A DNA stretch of 64,000 nucleotides, from NCBI GenBank assembly GCA_029717555.1, contig JAMDHS010000036.1:1-64000 (forward strand), in the 5' to 3' direction. The stretch is from Peribolospora baueri (lineage: Eukaryota). The notes under the pieces are model-generated. The model saw only the letters and a list, made by a program, of their open reading frames with translations. It was not told the origin of the DNA and made no database searches. Positions 53,332-64,000 of the stretch are shown one piece after another; within the stretch, counting starts at the first letter, position 1, and each line of letters begins with the position of its first letter. Both the position numbers and the translations under genes were made by a program.

Positions 53332-54635
53332 ATGGCCCTCTCCTCTTCCTCGGTCACCTCAGCGACCCTGCAAAGGGTCGTCAGAGCCATGGAGCGCATT
53401 GCTCCGATCTCTCTGGCGGACCGCTCTTGGGACAACACGGGCGTCCTCGTCGGTGAGCACGGGCAGCCCCCGTTCGATGCGATTGAGACGTCCATGCGCT
53501 TTCGCTGTCAACTAACGTACGCCGTCTCGCTTCCTCGATCGCCTGTATCCTCTACATACTCCCCAATTTTTGCGTCTAGAACCTCCGCATCCTCGACCAG
53601 GGCGCAAGGTGCTCCTCACGATCGACCTGACCCCGCGAGTGGCCGACGAGCTCTTCAACACCCCTGCCCTCTCCGACGTGGCCTGCGTGGTGGCCTACCA
53701 CCCGGTCATCTTCCGTGGCCTCAAGTCCATCACCACATTCGACCCGCTGCAAACGGTTATCATGCGGTGTGTGGCGAACGGAGTGAGCGTATACTCACCT
53801 CACACGAGCCTGGATGCCGCGGTGGGCGGGATCAACGATTGGTTAGCCAGAGGGATCGTCGGGGACGGGGAGAAGGAAGAGACAAGCGCACCGATCGTTC
53901 CCGTCTCTGCGCCGGCGCCCGAGGGCCATGAGAAGGGCGGGATGGGAAGGACGGTCAGGTTGAGCAAGCCGGTCGAGTTGGACGAGATCGTGCGAAGGGT
54001 CAAGTCGCATTTGAAGCTGAAGTACGGTGCGTGATAGGCTCTCGGTCGCCTCCGCACGGCTGAGAGTTCATCGCCATCGACGTCGTTCTAATTCTTTTTT
54101 TGTACTTTGATACGTTTGTTTTCTTGCCCTCCCGCCACCACCGGCTCATTTCCTTCCATTCTCACACAGTTCAATTAGCGACCCCGACTCCTCGCCGACC
54201 GATCCAAACGGTCGGTATTTGCGCCGGAAGCGGAGGCTCGGTGCTAAACGGAAGGGCGGGAAAAGTGGACCTTTTCCTTACCGGCGAGCTGTCCCACGTG
54301 AGTAAATGTGTGAATGGAGGGCCATACGGCGGGGGAGAGCCTCAAAGGGTTTTGTACCGTCGATTCCCCGGTCTTCTACTCTTGGTGGGCCACCCCATCT
54401 CGCTCACGTTCGTCCTATGCGCCTCGTCGTATCACAGCATGAAACCCTAGCAGCAATAGCCAAGGGCACCTCCGTTCTCCTCACCAACCACTCCAACTCT
54501 GAGCGCGGCTTCCTCCGCGACGTCTTACAGCCTCGACTGACTAAGGAACTGGCAGAGGAGCAGGGGCAGGAGCAGGGGGACGCTTTCGAGGTCTTCGTAA
54601 GCGAGGCGGATCGCGATCCTCTCGAGGTGGTGTGA
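53332..54635 (+). CDS. NIF3: NIF3 / GTP cyclohydrolase 1 type 2 family protein
   Basis: LADRSWDNTGVLVE; LLTIDLT; VAYHPVIF; YSPHTSLDA..GGINDWL; ICAGSGGS; TGELSH-HE; NHSNSERGFL; SEADRDPL. Confidence 0.95.
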
Positions 54636-56166
54636 GGCTTCTCTGAAGGATATGGGGATTGTGAACGTTTTGGCTGGAAGGCCCGAGGATCGGATGAACG
54701 AACGCAAAAGGGAGGAGGAGCTCGAGAGGACAGTCTACCACGTCGCACAGCCGGCGGTACTGATGCCGGTGTGAAGGAAGGATCCTGGACAGATTCTTGA
54801 GAGCGCATCCAACGAAGGCGCGACATGACTCCCGCATGTCCAGTTACCCTCCGCTTTCAAGCTCGCCAATAGTCCGAGGTCGTGTTTCCATTTCTATGAG
54901 CGCCACATCAAGGCGATTCGACCTCGTCCAAGAACCGTTCCACAGGACGTCGCTCTCCGTGTCCTCCTCCTCCTGTCCTCCTGTTAAATATCCTCTTCCT
55001 GTCCAGACGCGACCCTACATAACGTCCGAGTCTCGCACCACAAAGACAAAGAGACGGGAAGAATGGACGCGATGAGAAAGACCGCTGATGCACGTGGGTA
55101 AAGGCGTCTCCCTCTTCCCCGCACTCGGAGGCGGCAAGATGGCATGGTCGAAAGGTTGTGGAAAGCCGAATGGGGACCGAGGATGGTTGGGATTGCGTGG
55201 AGAGAGGAGCAAGTCAAGACGAGGAGATGAGCTACCGTACGTCCGTCCTTCAACGCCTGGTGCTGTTTTCTTGTACGCGAGTCAGTCTCAGAAGGAGAAG
55301 AGGATGGGGACACGAATCCAAGATGGCCTGCTGCCTCATCGCCAGCGCAATCCGGCTGGGCGGCGTCGTTCGCGCCACCCACCATCCTCCCCGCGCGCCT
55401 CCAGCAGCCGAGCAAGCCCAAGCCCAAGCCCAGTCCCGAAAGAAAGAAAGAAGGCACGGCGTCAGCGTCAGCGAGGAAGCGCCAAAATTCCTCCCCCTCG
55501 TCGTCTTTGCACGACGGGCGTGCTGTGGTGCTTGGCACAGACACGGATTAATTATCACGCTGACCCATGGTCCAGCTAGGGACGGATGGACTGCCTTCTG
55601 ACCTTGGAAAGAAAGAGAGCGACGGCGTTTCGTTCGTTACTTTTCCGGCCCGCTCAGGACGCGACACGACGCGACGCGACACGACACGACACGCGAGGCG
55701 ATCCACGCGGGCACTTGACCTCGTCCGCCGGATTTGAACACGAGGAAGGTCAAGAATTTTGGAAAGGGACAAAAAAAAAGAGAGGAGAAGCGATGAGAGC
55801 GTCGAGGACCGCCGAAGGGGAAACGAGGCCTCGTCTCGTCTCGTCTGACCTGGTCGGGTCAAGTCGAGTCGACGGTAAGATACAACGTGCGCGGTGGGCA
55901 CAAAACTTTGTGTGCGAGTGGGTGCGTGGGCGGGTGAGTGGGAGAGGACCGGGGGGTATCGTAACTGGATATATGGTCCGGTCGGATCCCGACGAGTGAG
56001 CTGGGCGGCGCACGAACGCGCACGAGCGATTGAATGTGCTAAGGCGTGTGAAGGAGGAGGGAAAAGAATGGCAACGGGCTGGATAGATGAAGAGAGGAGT
56101 AAAGCATGGCGAGAAGGCTAGAACTGAGGAAGAGACCCAACGCGACACGGCCCCCTCTCGTTCAGT

Positions 56167-58903
56167 TCAGCAGAAAGAGAACCCTCCTTGCCCTTGAGCG
56201 GACGAAGGACCATGTGCGCCGTGCGATTGTCCACGTGCGTGTTCGGGTCCATGTCCTTCTTCCAATCCGGGAGCGGACTGCCGCACCTGTTGGTGCTGGT
56301 GGTGCATGTAGTCGGCCACCGCACCGGCGCTGTCGGTCGACGGGCTTCGTTGCTGCGGATGATGCTGGTGCTGCGCCTCATGCGATGGCTGAGATGGCGA
56401 CTGCGTTTGCGACTGGTGAAGGAGCGTGGCCGCGTCGCCTGACGAGGGGCCGACGCCGACGGGCGAGAGCGAGGGCGAGGGAATCGAGCGCGGTGCGCCA
56501 CTGTTCGTCGTCGAGCCTCGAGGCGTGCCGTAGGAGAGCGTCGGGACGGGCGGGTACGGCCAGTTAGCGGAAAGAAGGAGAGCATTGCGCGACGAGGAAG
56601 GGGTGCCGGGCGAGTGGAAGAAGAATGGGGCCTGCGATTGCTGTCTCGCCTGGATGCGGCCGCTCGCCTGTCCATGCCCGTGTCCATGCTCACTAGCAGG
56701 ACCGCAAAGGGGTGCGACTGCGATGGCGGGGGAAGAGTGTGCAGGAACGGCCGACGTCGTAACGTGCCGCGTTTGATGGGCCGGGTTTAAGAGGTGCGTC
56801 TGACCGATTTGCGAAACCGGGTATGGCGAGGCTAGCTCGAGTGCTCTTTGTGTGGACGGAGCGACGGAGTAGGCAGAGACCGACGCGGACGAATGCGGCG
56901 TGTGCGCGGCATAGGACATGCCCAGCGCCTTGTCGCCAAGCCCCGTAAGGGCGTCGGGATGGTAGGAAGTAGAAGGTCTCGCACCGAGTCCGAGGCCGGC
57001 CCAGCCAAACTCGTTCTGCAACGGCGCTGCGCCGCCGAAGGAGGAGGAGGAGGAGCGGAAGGAGAGATCGCGGCCGCTGGACGCCGTGCGCGAGCGTTGT
57101 TTCGCAAAGACGGGTGCGGAGAGTTGGGGCACGAAGCCGAACGCGCTCAAATCGGCTTCCGATACGCCGTCCGGTCCGCCGCCGCAAGAGAAAAGGCCGG
57201 CGGCGGCGGAGGCGGAGGCGTGTGCGGCGGCCTCCTCCATGGCCTTTTTCTTCTCCTTCTCCTTCTTACCGGAGCTGCGTGTGTAGACGTAGTCGGGCCA
57301 GCGCCTGTTGAAATCGCGCTTCACCTGCTCGGCCCATCCAAAGAAGACGGCACGGGACTCATCGCTCATGTCGCGCCACTCCTTGCTGATGATCGAACTC
57401 AGTTCGGCGGTGCGCAGATCCGGTCGCTCGACTTTAAGCGTGGGACGGCGGTAACGGCTGTATATGAGGAAGGCGTTCATGCTGCGAGGGTATATGCGAG
57501 CATAAAAGCGTGAGCTGGGGACTGAATTTTCGCGCCCAAAAGTAGCCGATCCTGTCTAGTCGGGGCCCGACGACACTCACGGACGCTTGGGCGTTCCATC
57601 GCGACGTACGGTCTGCCGGAGAAGGGACGACGGCGGAGCGTCTTGTGACTCGTTCTGTTCCTCTGCACCTTGGGCGAGGTGGATGGCCATGGCGCGAGGC
57701 GAAGCGGACCCGCTCGCCGTGGTCTGATCGGTCGTTGAGGCTTCCTGCTCGGGAAGCGAAGCCGGTAGAGACGGAGGCACCGGTTTTTCTGCGCCGCCGC
57801 TGTCACCTCCGCAGCCGAAGACAAACGTCGGTGGAAAAGGAGCGCCGCAGAACGTTTGAGAAGGTAGAGCGCCACGGGCGGCCGCGTTCGATTCAAGGCG
57901 AGACAAGTCAGCGCTAGCCCTCTCGGGAGAGCCGTCGGACGAGCTGATTCGATGGCCTGAGGAGGAGGTTCGTCGAGGCGGAGGGCCGATGATGACCGGC
58001 TGAGGCGGTTGGAGAGGACCGAGAGAGTCGAGAGACGGCTTGGTGCGGCCCCCAGAGGTTGCAGCTTGGTTTTGAATGCTTGACCAGCTCTGACGTTTGG
58101 CACCATCGTCGCGGTGGTCGAGTTCCATGCTAACGGGCGAAGCGGACCCGCCGCTGTCGCTGCGCACAAAGTCGACGGACGAGGGGGCAACGGAGGAATC
58201 GTTGGTCTCGGTTGCCGGGCGAGGGTCGGCGGTGGACATGTATTGGGAAAAGAAGAAGGGGCTGACGGGGGAGTGCTCGTCGGTCATGCCGACCTCGAGG
58301 TCGGCGTGCCAGTCGATCGCCTGTGGGTCCTTGAAGAAGAAGGCGGTCTCAAAGTCGGAAAGGCCTTTGGAAAGGGGCATCGACGAAGCGCGAAGAAGTT
58401 CTGCGTCGAGTCGATGGAAAGCATCATCAGCCTTGCGTTGACTGGTCCGAGGCGCCACTCTAGCCACTAGCCCGTCCGTCGGTCCTGTCTTTCCTCGCTC
58501 GCTCACCGTCGTTCAAAGCTTGCTCCTGGGCCGGACCGGCGTCGACAGAGATGGACGCGCGAGAGACAGCGGCGATGCCACCGTCCCAGTTGCGAAGCGC
58601 TCCGCTGAATCTCCTGGTCGCTGGTGGTAGACCGTCGGTCTCGGAGGTAGACAGGCTCCTTCTCCGCCCGTGCGGCGGTGGTGGAGGAGAGATGGCATTC
58701 GCGAGGGCGGGCCAAGAGACGGGCATGGAGCGGCGCTTGGCTGCGTCGACGCCGGGTGGAGAAGCGACGCTGGTAGGAACGGTGGCCGGGGTGCGGAGGA
58801 TGAGGCTGTCGTCGGTGAGGGCGGTGGTGGAAGGAGAGTCGGCGGTGTTGCTGGCGATGGCGGCGGACATGACGGGCGAGTTGAGCGCGACAGGGTCATA
58901 CAT
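56167..58903 (-). CDS. MATA/SOX-type HMG-box transcription factor
   Basis: Splicing of the intron at about 57579-57482 restores PKRPMNAFLIYSRYRRP..TAELSSIISKEW..NRRWPDYVY. The start (MYDPVAL) is tentative and an in-frame upstream Met exists. Confidence 0.88.
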
Positions 58904-60744
58904 GTCTGGAGGAGGGAGAGGATAAAGCGAAGAAGGCGAAATGAGGGCGGGATGGGAGGCGTGGTTATGAAGGTGAAGGATGGCTGGAGTAGGGGAGAGA
59001 GACATGAGCCGGGAGTCCACGCTGTCGGGGGCCGAGACAGTGAGAGAGAGGAAGATTCGGTTGGCAGAAAGGGGAGAGCGAATGTGAACGTGAATGTGCA
59101 GCGTGTGACGGTCAGACGAGTGGCAAAGGAACGAGGCAGGCGACGAGGCGAGGGGCGTGGTGGTGGTACAAATTCGGACCGGCCGAACGAGGTGTGGCCA
59201 CGAGGATGGTGACGAAGGCGGCCAAGCAAAGCAAGGTAGGCGATGACGTCCCGAAGGGGGCGCAGGAGTCAGGAGTGCACTGGCTGGGCTGAAACGAGCA
59301 AGTAGAAAGGGAAGGGAGCGGGGATAAAAGAGGGAGGGCAGGGCCGACGCGAGCTCGACTCGGTCGAGCAAGGCTGAAATGAAAGGAGAGCAGAACGAGC
59401 TGGGCGGCGGCGAGGATGTGGTGGTGGTGGTGAGAGGAGGGAGAAGAAGGACGGAGTGAGATGAGATGAGAGCCGAAGTCGTTCGCTTTCTTCCCCTCAT
59501 CGCGACGGCGGCGGCGGCGACGATGACGACGACCACGACGACCACGACGACCAAGACGACGACGACGGCGACAACAGGCAAACCAAACCAAGCAAGGCAA
59601 AGCCAGCCAGCCAGCGGTGACGCATCTCTTCCGCCTCGACGTCCGCTCTCCAGCGTCCCCACCCTCCCTCTTCGCACATGTCGAGGCGACTCTCCGCCAT
59701 CGCAGACCAGCCAAGGCAAGGAGCCCCATCCAATCTCACCACCCTGTCCGGGACGACGACGGACAGACTGCCCATGTCGGTCGGCCGGTCAGTCAGTCAC
59801 GCGCGGGGCGGCTGGCGGGTGCATTACGGAGAGTACACACCGTGCTGTAGGCGTTCCTTGCACCTACACTGCGTTCCTGTAGTTACCGCCCGCACAGTCC
59901 ATGCTGTCGCAGCGACCACTGGCAAGGACAGACGAAACGAAAGGAAACGGCGGGCGGGCGGACGATGGTTGGCGGTTGCCCTTGACGACGGCGGCGGCGC
60001 GTCTCAGACGACCCGTCGCCTGTTTCGCTTCGCCCTTCCCTTTGTCGAGCGCTGCAGTCGTGAGGATAGAACAACGTCCTTCTCAAGTGCCCTGCTCGTC
60101 TCACCTCGGCCTGTTTCGAGGGGGAAAGTGCCGTACCTGCGCAGCACACAGACGTCGTTCACCAAGATTCACCTTCACCATTTCTATGATCATTTCATGG
60201 GACGAAGCTCCCGCTCGCCCGCTCGGGCCCTCCTTGTAGGACTTCCGACTGCATTGCTCGAGCTGCATCGAGACGAGACTGAGACTCCCTCCCACGTGGC
60301 AGTCGTACGCCGGCCATCAATCAGTCCACCCGGCAATCCGGCTCTCCCACTGCCGTACCCCGCTCAGATCACGAGATAGCGCGTGCTTGACGGCAGGCTC
60401 GAGATCGACTCCACCTGCCTCGCTCTTTCTTCTCTCTCAGCAGGTAGGCATTAAAGGAAGGAGGGAAGGAAAGAAGGAAAGAAGGAAAGAACGAAGAAAG
60501 GAGAAAGAATAAGGAAAACGTGAGGGGCGGGGTCAAGATTCCGCCGACCGGCAGATCTTCTAGTCGGAGAGATCGACGTCGAACGACAAACGAACGCCCG
60601 ACGGAACGATCGTCGGCTCTCCCTCCTTCTCTCCTCGCCCACCCGGTCATTCCATTCAGACCCCCTTCTTGCATCCTCGTCTCCGTCGCACCTTCCCCAG
60701 TCCCCAGCAGACACAACGTTTCCCCGTCAGGTAGCTCAGCCACC

Positions 60745-62083
60745 ATGTCCACCACCCACCCCGCCCCCGCACCGGCGTACGACGCCCAGTTCCACAAGGT
60801 CTCCTTCGCCGCGCCTTTTGTCCTGCACATCTCTTTTAACAGACCCCCTGTGAACGCCTTCCACGAAAGGTTAGCGCACCGCCGTCCCCTACGAATGCGC
60901 ACATCCGTATCTGCTGCCCTCTTTCACGGCCGCGCTGACCCTCCTTTTCCTTCGCCTCGCCGCCGTCCCACGAATCGCTCGCCCGCCGCAAGCTTCTGGA
61001 TGGAGACCCAAAGGCTCTTCGAAAGGGCCAGCAATGACCCGGACGTGCGCGCCATCGTGCTAAGCGCCGAAGGAAAGATGTTCACCGCCGGTTTGGACGG
61101 TGGGCTTTGCTTTTCCGCCGTCGTTCGGTTCGAGTCCGCGGGCGGACGTCGCGCTTACCATCTTCCATCTCCAACGCCCTACGACAGTCACTGCAGCAGG
61201 ACAAAGCCTCTTTGACGACGCTTCTGGAGACGCAGCCCGCCAAGCTTTTCGACTACGCAAGCACATCCTCGACTTTCAGGCGTCCATCTCGTCCATCGAA
61301 AAGTGCCTCAAGCCGGTCGTCGTTGCTATGCACGGCCTCGTGCTCGGTTTGGGTGCGTGCGTCTCCCGGGGGAAGCACGTGGTGAGCGTGACGGAACGAC
61401 GCTGAGGAAATCACCCCCGGCTCTTCTCTACAGGCATCGACATCGCCTCCGCCTGCGACATCCGCTACGCCGCCGCGGGGACCCGGTTCACGATCAAAGA
61501 GGTGGACATCGGCCTGGCCGCCGACATTGGCACCCTCCAGCGCTTCCCCAAGGTCGTCGGTAACGGCAGCTGGGCGAGGGAGCTCGCGCTCACTGCGAGG
61601 GAGTTTGACGCGCATGAGGCGAGACAGTTTGGCTTCGTTAGCAGGGTCGTCGTGGAGGAGGAGCAAGGCAGGCCAGGCGTCCTCGGTGGGTTGGTTCGCC
61701 GACAAACGGATACGTGCGCGGCGTCTTCATCTCGGATGGACATCTGTGTGCTCACGCCTTCCTTCCTTCCACGTCCCACAGCTGCGGCCGTCGAGACGGC
61801 CAAGCTGATCGCCTCCAAATCCCCGGTCAGCGTCGTCGGCACCAAGCACCTCATCAACTATAGCAGAGACCACAGGTGAGCGTGGCCGGCAGCGGCCGCA
61901 TCCCCCTTTATCGACCCACTCGCTCATCAGCCCAGTCATTCCCTTCATCGCCCATCTCACAGCGTCGACGAAGGCCTCTCCTACACGGCCGTGTGGAACA
62001 GCGCCATGATCCAAACCGAGGACGTAGCCAGCGCGTTGACCAGCGTCCTGCAGAGGAAGAAACCCACGTTCTCCAGACTGTAG
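60745..62083 (+). CDS. Delta3,5-delta2,4-dienoyl-CoA isomerase (crotonase family, ECH1-like), peroxisomal
   Basis: NRPPVNAF; FTAGLD; KPVVVAMHG..GLG-IDIASACDIR; IKEVDIGLAADIGTLQRFPK; SKSPVSV.GTK; C-terminal PTFSRL* (PTS1). Confidence 0.93.
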
Positions 62084-62537
62084 CCCTCCCCCTTATTCCT
62101 CTCTCCTCGTCCTCCTTTCTTTCGTCCCCACCGACCCTTCGCACCCTACTGTAGGGGTGGAACGAAACCGCCGAGCTATCATGGTGGAACCGCGACCGTA
62201 TCTTTTTTCTCTCATCGACGGTCGTCGTGATCGTCGCAGTTGCTTTGCGCGAGGCCGAGTCGGCCATTCACATGTGCGCATCGACCAGTCGGTGTTGGGA
62301 AAGCAAAATGACGCGGTGCGAGACAGGCGTCACACTCTGTCGACGAAGGCTTGTTAACGAGGGTGCAGGTCTGTGTTAAAGGTGGGGGAGGGGATACAGT
62401 GCACGTACGCTTTCAGTTGTCGTGTGCATCCACCTCGCTTTCACGCAAATGGACCACACTGGACGCAACGCAACGCAAACGTCTCTCCGAAGTTATAAAT
62501 CCCCAAGTTGATCAATTTCCTTCACTCCGCCCACTCG

Positions 62538-64000
62538 CTAATCCGCGTTGGGAAGGCCCCTTCCAAAGCCACCGCGTCCCGAAAAGGCCTTCGGGGTCCA
62601 GCTTGGAAGCTCGGACGAGGATGATGATGATGCTGAAGTGGGCGCCGAGCTGCCGGGGCCGAGGAGACTCTCACCGACGGTTCGGAGGAGCTGCCCCTTG
62701 TGGCCCCATGAGACGCAATAGTGGTCGAGGACGAGGTCGAGCTCTTCCAGCTCGTCGAGCATTTCGAGTCGGGAGATCCTGCAAACCCAAATGGGGGGGG
62801 AGGTGAAACCACACAGAGAGGGAAAGAGAAAAAGAAAGACGGAGAAAAATTCCCAGTTTAGAGAAATTCCTCCGTCGCGAATCACAGAAACAAAAGTTCG
62901 TCCCGTATTTCAACACACGACGGCCGCAGCTGGTGTGGCACCTACCTCGCCTTCTCCTCAGCTTCCAACGCGTCCCAGATCGCCTTGACGGACAAAGCCT
63001 GTGCACCGTCAAAACCTCGGGCTTCGGAGAAGCGACTGCGGTGGGACGCTAGGGTCGGGTACGCGGTCGCGCCGGGAATGCGAATGTTGCGGGACTAGAT
63101 GTGGTGCGGTAGGGTAAGCGCTCGCTCGGGCTGAGGTGCTGTCAAGGGTTACAAAAAAGAGAAAAAAAAAAGACTGAAGATCCCCTCGACTCACCTCCAG
63201 ATTCTGCAGCATGACCTTTCCAAACCTATCCCCATCTCCCCGGCCGAGCAGTTCCTCGCCCACGCACATCTCGTAGCAAACTGCCATGCCGCTCTCAAAA
63301 CCCTTTCCGAACCACTCCACAATCGACTCCGAGTTTATGGGAGGGAGGTAAGCAAAAACGCATTCCGCCAAAAGGAGTGTTGGCAGCGTTGGGTCGAGAA
63401 TGGAAGTGTGTGCTTGAGAGACCAGAGTCGAGGTCGAGTCTTTTGTATCTGTCGTAGTGGATGAGATGGACGATGTGGGTAGCAATTGCGGGGCTATGTC
63501 GGTCGTGAAGGACCGAAGGTCGCCCGGCAAGAGGCTGTACGAGGCTGAGCGTAGCGACGTGCCGCCTTTCTCTGCAGGGAGGGTACCGGCCAACCAATCG
63601 ATCGACCGAGGCGTCCAAATGAGCTAGTCCGTCCGCCGAACTCGGATGTGCGAGCGAGCGCGCGCGACTCACCGACCTGTACGCCGTCGCCCAAGGGTTC
63701 GGAAAGCAGTTTGTGCTTCTTGATAGCCAACGACTTGCGAGCGGTAACCTCTGGAAAGTCGACCTCGACGTAGTGGGCCAAACGAGGGTGAAGTGCGCGG
63801 CCGTTGGCCATCATCCTCCAGAACCTCGTATCGCTCCCCGCTCCGACGCTGACGATCTGCTTCCCCTTTCCCTTTCCATCGGCGTCCTCCTCGAGAAAGT
63901 CCTTGACAAGCAAATCCAGGGTGTAGGAGCGGAGATAGGTACCGATGTTGATGAGAGGAGGACGGCGCGGTGCGGGGCCACGGAGGGCCTTGACGACGAG
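62538..64000 (-). CDS. PPM1: Leucine carboxyl methyltransferase (PP2A methyltransferase), 5' end outside the window
   Basis: PLINIGTYLR; QIVSVGAGSDTRFW; YVEVDFP; PTLLLAECVFAYL; DRFGKVMLQNLE; LEMLDELEEL..HYCVSW. Confidence 0.93.

Noticed and set aside
56167..58903. HMG gene as part of a mating-type locus
   Set aside because: No pheromone precursor, STE3 receptor or homeodomain genes were recognised in the window, and the neighbours are housekeeping genes.
58904..59719. In-frame upstream extension of the HMG gene's first exon
   Set aside because: It is low-complexity S/P/L/V sequence with simple repeats and a non-ATG ORF start, so it is more likely UTR or promoter.

Overview
GC-rich, intron-rich eukaryotic DNA, most consistent with a basidiomycete fungus (short GT-AG introns with CTRAC branch points, and the gene families present). 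I can support about 20 protein-coding genes. In order they are: GET3, GH15 glucoamylase, topoisomerase II, an uncharacterised membrane protein, FUR1/UPRT, ECM31/panB, class IV chitin synthase, a CX5R phosphatase, a half-size ABC protein, an AcpS-type PPTase, complex I TYKY/NDUFS8, a small membrane protein, YND1-type apyrase, a 948-aa intronless membrane protein, a small secreted 4-Cys protein, an atypical Rab7-like GTPase, NIF3, a MATA/SOX-type HMG-box factor, a peroxisomal dienoyl-CoA isomerase and a 5'-truncated PPM1. The most unusual structure is a TA-flanked 2.75-kb foldback (48171-50917) made of two differently deleted pogo/Tc5-type transposon copies fused tail-to-tail, sitting about 0.55 kb upstream of the effector-like secreted gene. 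Spliced CDS are given as start-to-stop spans, and exon boundaries were read by eye. No prokaryotic-type system (CRISPR, operon), rRNA or tRNA was recognised. All family calls come from motif recognition, not database searches.
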